Assembly: GCA_964632215.1 (NCBI GenBank)
Contig: CAZWBG010000001.1
Coordinates: 623,863 to 687,862, forward strand
DNA length: 64,000 bases
Origin: an uncultured Candidatus Saccharibacteria bacterium
Lineage (GTDB): Bacteria > Patescibacteriota > Saccharimonadia > Saccharimonadales > UBA7683
Direction of reading: 5' to 3'
Shown here: piece after piece, positions 44,067 to 50,619 of the stretch
Position numbering within the stretch: the stretch's first letter is position 1
How the letters are laid out: each line of letters starts with the position of its first letter
Notes under the pieces: model-generated
What the model was told of the DNA's origin: nothing
Databases searched by the model: none
What the model saw: the letters and a program-made list of their open reading frames with translations, nothing else
Made by a program: the position numbers and the translations under genes

Positions 44067-44558
44067 CTAGCTAATAGTAATCTTCTTAACTGTTTCTTGT
44101 TTCACTTTTGTGAATGAAATGCTCAAGACACCATCTTTAAGCACTGCTTCAATTTCATCCTCTTTCACTGGCACCGGTAGGGCTAGTGTACGGCTGAACT
44201 CACCCCAGTAACATTCTTGAATATGATAGTTCTCAGCATCAACTTCGTCACCGCTCGAGAGAGTACCTTTAATAGTAAGTGTATTGTCAGAGATACTTAC
44301 ATCTAGGTCATCACGGTTTACGCCAGCAGTACGGGCTTTTACAACAAGTTTTTCTTTTGTTTCGTAGACGTCCACTGCCAACATACCCGGCATGTCTTGT
44401 AGGCTGTCTTCATCCCAGTCGTCATTACTGCCAGTTGCAGAAACGGTAGCTGGTTCATCAGCTATACCAAGTGGCGTTGGAACAGCCTCTTCCAAGAAGG
44501 CAGCCGTAAGCTCATCTTCCATTAGTAGATCGTTGTCATTTTTTTGGCGTCGTGCCAT
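44067..44558 (-). CDS. Hsp20/alpha-crystallin small heat-shock protein
   Basis: Trimmed to ATG 44558 (MARRQKND...; GGAGGA lies 7 nt upstream). C-terminal alpha-crystallin domain LAVDVYETKEKLVVKARTAGV...LTIKG...FSRTLALPVPV...GVLSISF. Confidence 0.85.
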   Translation of the reverse strand: MARRQKNDNDLLMEDELTAAFLEEAVPTPLGIADEPATVSATGSNDDWDEDSLQDMPGMLAVDVYETKEKLVVKARTAGVNRDDLDVSISDNTLTIKGTLSSGDEVDAENYHIQECYWGEFSRTLALPVPVKEDEIEAVLKDGVLSISFTKVKQETVKKITIS

Positions 44559-44655
44559 AGTGTCCTCCACTTTCTCGCAGTTTAATGTAACTGGTTGCAT
44601 TATAGCTAAAAGGTTTACATATATGCAATAATATCGGCAGAAAGGTGTTGTAAAA

Positions 44656-45342
44656 ATGCATGTTTCCCCTTTTGAACACATAGTTAATTTTCTCGCTCCA
44701 GAACACTGTATTCTCTGTGGAACCGAAGGAATGCGGTTGTGCGAGAGTTGTTTTCAGACAAACTTCTCCCCACCACTAGCGCGTTGTTATATATGCAACA
44801 AGATCACACAAGATAACCGCATTTGCAGCACTTGCCGCCCCTCTTCGCACCTACGCCGTGTGTGGTGGTTGGGCAATTACGAAAAAACTCTCAAAGATCT
44901 CATTTGGGAGATGAAGTATCAGCGGAAGCGTTCGAACGCTCGATTACTTGGCGGGTATTTGGCCCAGCAGCTTCCCTATCTACCCGAAGGGACGATGATT
45001 GTGCCCGTACCTACTGCTACGCGTCGGGTGCGTCGCCGAGGGTTCGACCAGGCGGCCGTACTGGCGGAAGGTTTTGCGCGCAAGCGTGGTACAAGGCCCC
45101 AGGAACTACTCAGTCGAACAACTCAGACAGAGCTTATTGGTAAAACCAGAGCTGAGCGTACTAGACAAATGCAAAATGCTCTGCGGGTACTACGCCCACT
45201 ACAGGTATCCGGTGCATCGATTCTACTACTAGATGACGTACTGACGACTGGCGCGACTCTTGAGGCTGCGGCTACTTTGTTACGTGAAGCCGGCGCTAAG
45301 CATGTAGATGCTGCGGTCATCGCACGTGCCCTACCTCGCTAG
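44656..45342 (+). CDS. comFC: ComF family protein (ComFC-like amidophosphoribosyltransferase fold)
   Basis: 228 aa. N-terminal 4-Cys zinc-finger pattern (C..C...C..C) and the C-terminal PRTase motif ILLLDDVLTTGATL. Confidence 0.8.
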   Translation: MHVSPFEHIVNFLAPEHCILCGTEGMRLCESCFQTNFSPPLARCYICNKITQDNRICSTCRPSSHLRRVWWLGNYEKTLKDLIWEMKYQRKRSNARLLGGYLAQQLPYLPEGTMIVPVPTATRRVRRRGFDQAAVLAEGFARKRGTRPQELLSRTTQTELIGKTRAERTRQMQNALRVLRPLQVSGASILLLDDVLTTGATLEAAATLLREAGAKHVDAAVIARALPR

Positions 45343-45456
45343 CGCTTCACAAGAAGAGGGAGGGATACACGCTTCGCTACTCCCTTGCAATCATGCTCGA
45401 AATACATTTCTGCGCGTGATCTTGGTGATCGAACCTAGATTCGAATCTTTCACTTC

Positions 45457-45530
45457 ACAAGAAGAGAAACGCCCAGACAAAAAGTCTGAGCTCTCCTCTC
45501 CTGGCGGAGAGGGAGGGATTCGAACCCTCG
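45457..45530. repeat. 74-bp inverted repeat, copy A (3' third of tRNA-Ser plus 45-bp trailer)
   Basis: The reverse complement is identical, by hand comparison, to 47975..48048. Near-identity continues for about 12 further bp. Confidence 0.85.
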
Positions 45531-45589
45531 GAACCTTACGGCTCACCGCTTTTCGAGAGCGGCCAGTTCAACCACTCCTGCACCTCTCC
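45502..45589 (-). tRNA. tRNA-Ser (anticodon CGA)
   Basis: Minus-strand read GGAGAGGTGCAGGAGTGG...CCGCT-CTCGAAA-AGCGG...long variable arm...GAGGGTTCGAATCCCTC-CCTCTCC-GCCA. The cloverleaf folds by hand and CCA is encoded. Confidence 0.9.
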
Positions 45590-45695
45590 ATCACTCCTAG
45601 TTTAACAGATACCCAATCAACTCGGCGCCCTAAAAGAGGTCGGATCTTTTTTCGGTAGATCGTTTTTATACGACAAAGGGCTTATACTAGGAATC

Positions 45696-46670
45696 ATGAA
45701 AAACTATGCTGCAGAAACTATCGGCAGCGTTATGTCTACGAGTGTGCCAACCGTACGACCAGACGCTACCTTAAAAGAAATATTACATCTCATTATGACT
45801 CGAGGTTGGGAGAGTATCCACATGGTTTATGTGGTAGATGGGAATCAGAAACTACTGGGTCAGATTGATCTCGAACAACCAGTTGGGGCAGATGTTACGG
45901 AGATTGCTAAGCATTTGATGCAGCCCGTTCGTAAGTGTTTACACCCCGAAACAGATCAAGAAGCAGCGGTTTTTATGGCAGTTAAAGACGATGTCTTAAC
46001 CATACCAGTTATTGATAGAGGTGGCCATTTGCTAGGCAGTATCACTGGGCGAACAATTATAGATATCATGCACGAAGAACATATTGAAGATGCCCTGTTA
46101 ACTTCCGGTATTCGCAAAAGCAAAACCGGTGGTCAGATAGCCAAATTGGCCACTGAACACACGGGTTTGGTGGTGCGTTCCCGCGCGCCGTGGCTACTAG
46201 TGGGGCTCGTGGCTGGGTTGGGCTTGGGTCTGATTTCTAGCTTCTTTGAAGAGTCACTTAAGCACTCTATCGCACTCGCCTACTTCATACCTGTTGTGGC
46301 TTACATTGCCGATTCGGTTGGCACACAATCTGAAGCGATTGCGATCCGTGCACTCGCTACCCTCAAGCTTGATTATAGGAAGTATTTCTTCAAAGAGGTT
46401 TTGGTCGGCCTTGTCCTTGGAGTGGGACTGGGTATTTTAGGTGGTCTGGGAGCTGTTGTCATTAGTGGCTCCGCTACTATCGGGCTTGTAGTTGGCTTAT
46501 CCCTGTTTGTTGCAAGTACGGTGGCTGCAGCTCTTGCAACCCTGATACCTTTCATTTTCAAAGCACTTGGCAAAGATCCAGCTCTGGGTAGTGGCCCACT
46601 CGCCACAGCCCTACAAGATCTTATCAGTGTACTTATTTACTTCCTTTTCGCAATTGCACTCATCCACTAG
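45696..46670 (+). CDS. mgtE: MgtE-family magnesium transporter (CBS pair + MgtE membrane domain, no N-domain)
   Basis: 324 aa. CBS-like region followed by five TM helices, with YFIPVVAYIADSVGTQSEAIAIRAL typical of MgtE. Confidence 0.8.
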   Translation: MKNYAAETIGSVMSTSVPTVRPDATLKEILHLIMTRGWESIHMVYVVDGNQKLLGQIDLEQPVGADVTEIAKHLMQPVRKCLHPETDQEAAVFMAVKDDVLTIPVIDRGGHLLGSITGRTIIDIMHEEHIEDALLTSGIRKSKTGGQIAKLATEHTGLVVRSRAPWLLVGLVAGLGLGLISSFFEESLKHSIALAYFIPVVAYIADSVGTQSEAIAIRALATLKLDYRKYFFKEVLVGLVLGVGLGILGGLGAVVISGSATIGLVVGLSLFVASTVAAALATLIPFIFKALGKDPALGSGPLATALQDLISVLIYFLFAIALIH

Positions 46671-46687
46671 GGTATCTCAAACATAAT

Positions 46688-46719
46688 AAAAGGATGATTC
46701 TTATGGAAGCATCCTTTTT
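46688..46719 (+). terminator. rho-independent terminator after mgtE
   Basis: AAAGGATG...CATCCTTT 8-bp stem with an inner TTC/GAA extension, followed by TTTTA. Confidence 0.55.
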
Positions 46720-46778
46720 AAAATATCTGTTTGGTACACGGTAGTAAACGAAGTTAGAACTTTATTGTAATTCAAACT

Positions 46779-47003
46779 TCATTCAGATTCTGGAGGCTTG
46801 GCGCCTATTTCTTCTAGTTTTTGTTGTAGCCATAGCCGAAATGAGGCTTCAGTTTTGTCTCTGATGTTCTGCCTAGCAACTGTATCACTGACATCTCTAT
46901 CAGAAGCTGCAAGAAAAAGACTAAACTCATCTGCGATGCCATCTGCTTCATCAGGGAATATTGGTCCTTCAATCGGGGGCTTGTAATATGGAACGTCACT
47001 CAT
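46779..47003 (-). CDS. small acidic hypothetical protein
   Basis: 74-aa ORF with no recognisable motif. Coding status is uncertain. Confidence 0.3.
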   Translation of the reverse strand: MSDVPYYKPPIEGPIFPDEADGIADEFSLFLAASDRDVSDTVARQNIRDKTEASFRLWLQQKLEEIGAKPPESE

Positions 47004-47040
47004 AATGTTATATTAGCATAATATCTATAAATTGTCAATA

Positions 47041-47117
47041 TGGTACACCCGACAGGATTCGAACCTGTGACCTCTGGCTCCGCAAGCCAACGCTCTATCC
47101 ATCTGAGCTACGGGTGC
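47041..47117 (-). tRNA. tRNA-Arg (anticodon GCG)
   Basis: Minus-strand read GCACCCG-TA-GCTC-AGATGGATA-GAGC-G-TTGGC-TTGCGGA-GCCAG-AGGTC-ACAGG-TTCGAAT-CCTGT-CGGGTGT-ACCA. A 77-nt cloverleaf folds by hand. Confidence 0.85.
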
Positions 47118-47249
47118 TTATTGCCCCGCCGATGGCGGGACGTCTCTTGAATTACTCCAAGAGCTAAAATTTGAGGTACTTTCTGTTTCGAGAGAGACAG
47201 AACAGATGTGAGTGTACCATAAAACAAGCCCACTTACTAGGTTTAACGG

Positions 47250-47810
47250 CTAGAAACGGATCTTTCGCATAAAGGTATCTATGGGGTCGGCTTCGCGTTC
47301 CTCAGCGGGTAAGTGACTGGCGAGCGCGTCAAATATCTTCTCACCGTCAGTTTCGGCAAAATAAATGGTAATGTAGGGCATAAAACGCTTCACTGGTTGC
47401 AAGATAACGTTATAGAGTGCTCCCTCTTGGTGAACGCTAAACGATCGGAAATCATCATACGAATAGCTCTTTGGCCCGATCTTTAAAGTACTCGGAAGGA
47501 GTGTGTACGTCAGAGTGCGTGGTTTTTGCAAGGCGTACGCACCAAATGCCATTGCAGCAATAATAATCACCCCTACCGAGAGAATGCTTTTACTGAGAAG
47601 AAAAGTAATACCAGACAAAACAATTGTGGCCAACCCAAGTAGAACAAACCAGCCAAAACCCTTGTGATGGTCGATGAACTCAGAGGCATCCCACTGTATG
47701 ATTTGATCTGAAGGAGCTGCCGCTACCAGGGGCGCGTGCTCAGCTAGTGGAGCCTGCGGTGCCGCTGGCCCACTGTATTGAAAGTTCGTATTTCCACCAT
47801 CCGTATCCAT
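47250..47810 (-). CDS. membrane protein, two TM helices plus C-terminal soluble (PH-like?) domain
   Basis: 186 aa. Pro/Ala-rich N-terminus, the hairpin WFVLLGLATIVLSGITFLL / ILSVGVIIIAAMAFGAYAL, then about 90 aa of soluble sequence. Confidence 0.55.
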   Translation of the reverse strand: MDTDGGNTNFQYSGPAAPQAPLAEHAPLVAAAPSDQIIQWDASEFIDHHKGFGWFVLLGLATIVLSGITFLLSKSILSVGVIIIAAMAFGAYALQKPRTLTYTLLPSTLKIGPKSYSYDDFRSFSVHQEGALYNVILQPVKRFMPYITIYFAETDGEKIFDALASHLPAEEREADPIDTFMRKIRF

Positions 47811-47913
47811 AACTTTAGTCTACCGTAAGCGGTATAAATGCGCAATTTGATATTAGCCTATTGGTCTTTGCCTACATCTGTTGGTATAATATGGCGTGCT
47901 CCTACGAGCTTAC

Positions 47914-48003
47914 GGAGAGGTGGCCGAGTGGTTGAAGGTACCGGTCTTGAAAACCGGCAGGGTGTCAAAGCTCTCGAGGGTTCGAATCCCTCCCTCTCCG
48001 CCA
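47914..48003 (+). tRNA. tRNA-Ser (anticodon UGA)
   Basis: GGAGAGGTGGCCGAGTGG...CCGGT-CTTGAAA-ACCGG...long variable arm...GAGGGTTCGAATCCCTC-CCTCTCC-GCCA. Confidence 0.9.
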
Positions 48004-48048
48004 GGAGAGGAGAGCTCAGACTTTTTGTCTGGGCGTTTCTCTTCTTGT
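47975..48048. repeat. 74-bp inverted repeat, copy B (3' third of tRNA-Ser plus 45-bp trailer)
   Basis: CGAGGGTTCGAATCCCTCCCTCTCCGCCAGGAGAGGAGAGCTCAGACTTTTTGTCTGGGCGTTTCTCTTCTTGT equals the reverse complement of 45457..45530. Confidence 0.85.
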
Positions 48049-48107
48049 AAGGTGAAGGATCTGAGCCGTAGGGTTTGGGTCATGCTAGAAGTTATATTGA
48101 TAAAAAA

Positions 48108-48131
48108 ATAGCGGCCGAGGCGGCTATTTTA
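48108..48131 (+). terminator. possible terminator downstream of tRNA-Ser(UGA)
   Basis: ATAGCGGCC-GA-GGCGGCTAT imperfect hairpin with one internal mismatch, followed by TTTTAGTTT. Confidence 0.4.
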
Positions 48132-48164
48132 GTTTCGGGTGTACTGATGTTATAATTCAGAAAA

Positions 48165-49175
48165 ATGATTCAATATAACCAAAAATCAATCAAAAGATAC
48201 CTCATATTAGTACCTGCAACCATCCTTAGCTACGTGCTTGTATTTGCTGGTCTTTGGGGAGTACTAACACTCTTGACGCCATCCGATGGTTTTGACGTGT
48301 TGCTATTCCTCGGTGGTTTCCTGGTTATTCTATTTGCAACACCACTAATGAGCTATCTAGCTATACGATTTTTAGCGAAATATCTAAAATACAATCAAGC
48401 GAATAAAGTGGCACTGCTCGGAACGTTTATACCTTACGTCTTAACGGGATCAATATATCTTTTTGGGGTTGTCGTACTAAATGTGGCCATGAGCGATAAC
48501 CCAATCGTCAATCTACTCTTTCTGACGGGTTTGCTGACTGCTATTACGACTGCTTGCTACTGGATTATCTTCCGAATTGTTGATCGGCCAATTCACAGAA
48601 AACGACAGAATCTGGAGGCCATATTCTTGGTAGTTTTCGTAATATTTATTCAAACGATGATCGCTCAAACAGTGGTTACAATGATGAGCTCGGAATACCG
48701 GGGGCGCAGTAGGGCTGATCAATCAGAGGCTAACTCAGGCTCGCGTGGAAAAGTACCTTTTGATATTCTTGTGCCAGAAGATAATCCGCGCGTCACTTAC
48801 AGCACCCCAGTTTTTTATGCAGTAGGGCCCTTCGTGCAGTACGAGGTGCAAGTAGAAGATGTAACCAAGCTAGACGTGGCATTATACCCAGAGTCCGAAG
48901 CTCACACATATCTTAATAATCTTGATCAGTGCAAGCGAGTGGCAAGTACCACCAAAGAGACATACTGTCGAGCGGTCACTACCCCAGGTGGTCAGGCAGT
49001 ATACATAAATATGGTTGTAGGCTCGCCAGCTGCATTCGGGTTTGTGCAAGACGGGACACTCGTGGCTGTTCAGGTCTTGAGTCTGGGTGCTGGAGATGGT
49101 GTTGTGTCTATCTCGGATTTTGCAGACAACCTCATGGTCTTCCCTGAGGATGAGGTGATAGTACACGAAGAATGA
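48165..49175 (+). CDS. polytopic membrane protein with C-terminal soluble domain (hypothetical)
   Basis: 336 aa with about 6 hydrophobic segments and a roughly 150-aa C-domain. No motif recognised. Confidence 0.55.
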   Translation: MIQYNQKSIKRYLILVPATILSYVLVFAGLWGVLTLLTPSDGFDVLLFLGGFLVILFATPLMSYLAIRFLAKYLKYNQANKVALLGTFIPYVLTGSIYLFGVVVLNVAMSDNPIVNLLFLTGLLTAITTACYWIIFRIVDRPIHRKRQNLEAIFLVVFVIFIQTMIAQTVVTMMSSEYRGRSRADQSEANSGSRGKVPFDILVPEDNPRVTYSTPVFYAVGPFVQYEVQVEDVTKLDVALYPESEAHTYLNNLDQCKRVASTTKETYCRAVTTPGGQAVYINMVVGSPAAFGFVQDGTLVAVQVLSLGAGDGVVSISDFADNLMVFPEDEVIVHEE

Positions 49176-49214
49176 TACTGACCCCTCAATGCCTAGAGAT
49201 GTTAGACTGTAGCC

Positions 49215-49613
49215 ATGGAAGACTCAATTTTTACCAAGATCGTTAAGGGTGAGATCCCTTGCTACAAAATTTACGAAGATGAGCTGACGCTAGCTTTTTT
49301 AGATATTCACCCCGTGCAGTCGGGTCACGTACTGGTGATACCAAAAGAACAGATTCAGTTCGTGTGGGACTTGCCAGACGAACTTTACCTAGCCCTTATG
49401 AAAACTACCAAAAAAATCGCACTTCATATGCGTGAAATTTTACCTCAACAATACATCAGCGAACGTATTACAGGTGTAGATGTCCCCCACGCTCATGTGC
49501 AGCTGATCCCTTTTGACGACGCCTTATCTGAGCTCAGTGTTTCGCCAGATATGAATGCCGAACCTAACCATCTTGCTTTAGAAAAAATGGCTCAAATGCT
49601 CAGATTTAATTAA
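49215..49613 (+). CDS. HIT-family (histidine triad) nucleotide hydrolase/transferase
   Basis: 132 aa. IFTKIVKGEIPCYKIYEDELTLAFLDI and the histidine-triad region VPHAHVQLIP. Confidence 0.85.
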   Translation: MEDSIFTKIVKGEIPCYKIYEDELTLAFLDIHPVQSGHVLVIPKEQIQFVWDLPDELYLALMKTTKKIALHMREILPQQYISERITGVDVPHAHVQLIPFDDALSELSVSPDMNAEPNHLALEKMAQMLRFN

Positions 49614-49701
49614 AAGTTAATCTTAATATGATTAATTGGGTCCACAAGTATTTGATCTTGTGTACTGAAATGGTAAGGGGTGTGGCGTAGGGAGTGATAA
49701 G

Positions 49702-50613
49702 GTGTATAACAGTTTCCGTGATATCAACGTAGCCAAAATCTTGCAGATACCTGGCAAGTTTGATCCTGACGCCATCGACTACACTGTTGCCACTCGGCCC
49801 TTGACCCCTGATGAGCGCCGTCTGATCTGTTATTTTAAAGAAACTGAACATGCCGTGGCTTCTGGCTACCATAAAGATATTACTGCTTATCGTAGCGGTA
49901 TCACCCCTGGTATTATCGAAGAATTTATGGAACGTAGATGGGTTACCGAGGAGACTAGCCATGGCAATGGTTTGCAGCGCCGCTTAGGGGCCGATGCCCA
50001 CCTGCAGGGTATGGCACCAGAGTTACTCATCAACAGTAGTGAGCCAGACCGCGGTGAAGCAGAATTACGTCTGCAAAAATGCGTACTGGTGCTCAAGAGA
50101 TATGCGCTTAAGGGTGTTTTGGGTGCTGCTCATCAGACTCCTTTTGACGAAAAGTTAACCAGTCTGGTTAACGCGCTTCATATGACCATTGGTGGTACAA
50201 CCGAGCTAATGGCCAACCGCTCCTATGGTTTCCTAGGGGATCTTACTCAGGACCCAGTACTTCAACAGATGATTCCCGACATTCGGGCCGATGAACGTAA
50301 ACATGAAAGCTTTTATTTTGCGCTAGCCTTCCAGATTATGGATGATGACACTTTTATACGTTCAGTAGTTCGTGAGCTTCTTCCTCGAGCTTTTGCACCA
50401 GTAGGCGTGGGCCTGGGTTATCACAAGCTTGAAACCTTTGGTTTCGTGGCTGACCAGATGCAAAACCATAAACGTGGCGGCAACGTCGCTAAGGATGTAG
50501 ACGATGTCCTGAGCGAGCTCTTATCAGACCCTACGCTGAGCATTGCGACCGATGGGGTGGCAAAGGCTACGGCAATCTACCGACAGAGCAGAGAGCCTCT
50601 AGCCACCGCCTAG
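49702..50613 (+). CDS. ferritin-like di-iron carboxylate protein (acyl-ACP desaturase-like motifs)
   Basis: 303 aa, GTG start 7 nt after GGGAG. Two E-x-x-H motifs in desaturase-like contexts: WVTEETSHGN and RADERKHESFYF. Confidence 0.45.
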   Translation: MYNSFRDINVAKILQIPGKFDPDAIDYTVATRPLTPDERRLICYFKETEHAVASGYHKDITAYRSGITPGIIEEFMERRWVTEETSHGNGLQRRLGADAHLQGMAPELLINSSEPDRGEAELRLQKCVLVLKRYALKGVLGAAHQTPFDEKLTSLVNALHMTIGGTTELMANRSYGFLGDLTQDPVLQQMIPDIRADERKHESFYFALAFQIMDDDTFIRSVVRELLPRAFAPVGVGLGYHKLETFGFVADQMQNHKRGGNVAKDVDDVLSELLSDPTLSIATDGVAKATAIYRQSREPLATA

Positions 50614-50619
50614 TTAGGC

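Noticed and set aside
45421-45450. Possible tRNA remnant (TGGTGATCGAACCTAGATTCGAATC resembles reverse-complemented T-arm/acceptor sequence)
   Set aside because: I could not fold a T-stem or acceptor stem from it. The similarity is limited to TTCGAA-type hexamers.
45308-45658. 116-aa plus-strand ORF
   Set aside because: It runs antisense across tRNA-Ser(CGA) and the shared trailer repeat. The translation is low-complexity and is an artefact of the tRNA region.
47838-48111. Two overlapping plus-strand ORFs (70 and 71 aa)
   Set aside because: Both read through tRNA-Ser(UGA) at 47914..48003, so the tRNA explains the sequence.
49606-49962. 118-aa minus-strand ORF overlapping the start of the di-iron protein gene
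   Set aside because: It overlaps the 3' end of the HIT gene region and the 5' part of the longer, motif-bearing plus-strand ORF. It has no motifs or RBS.
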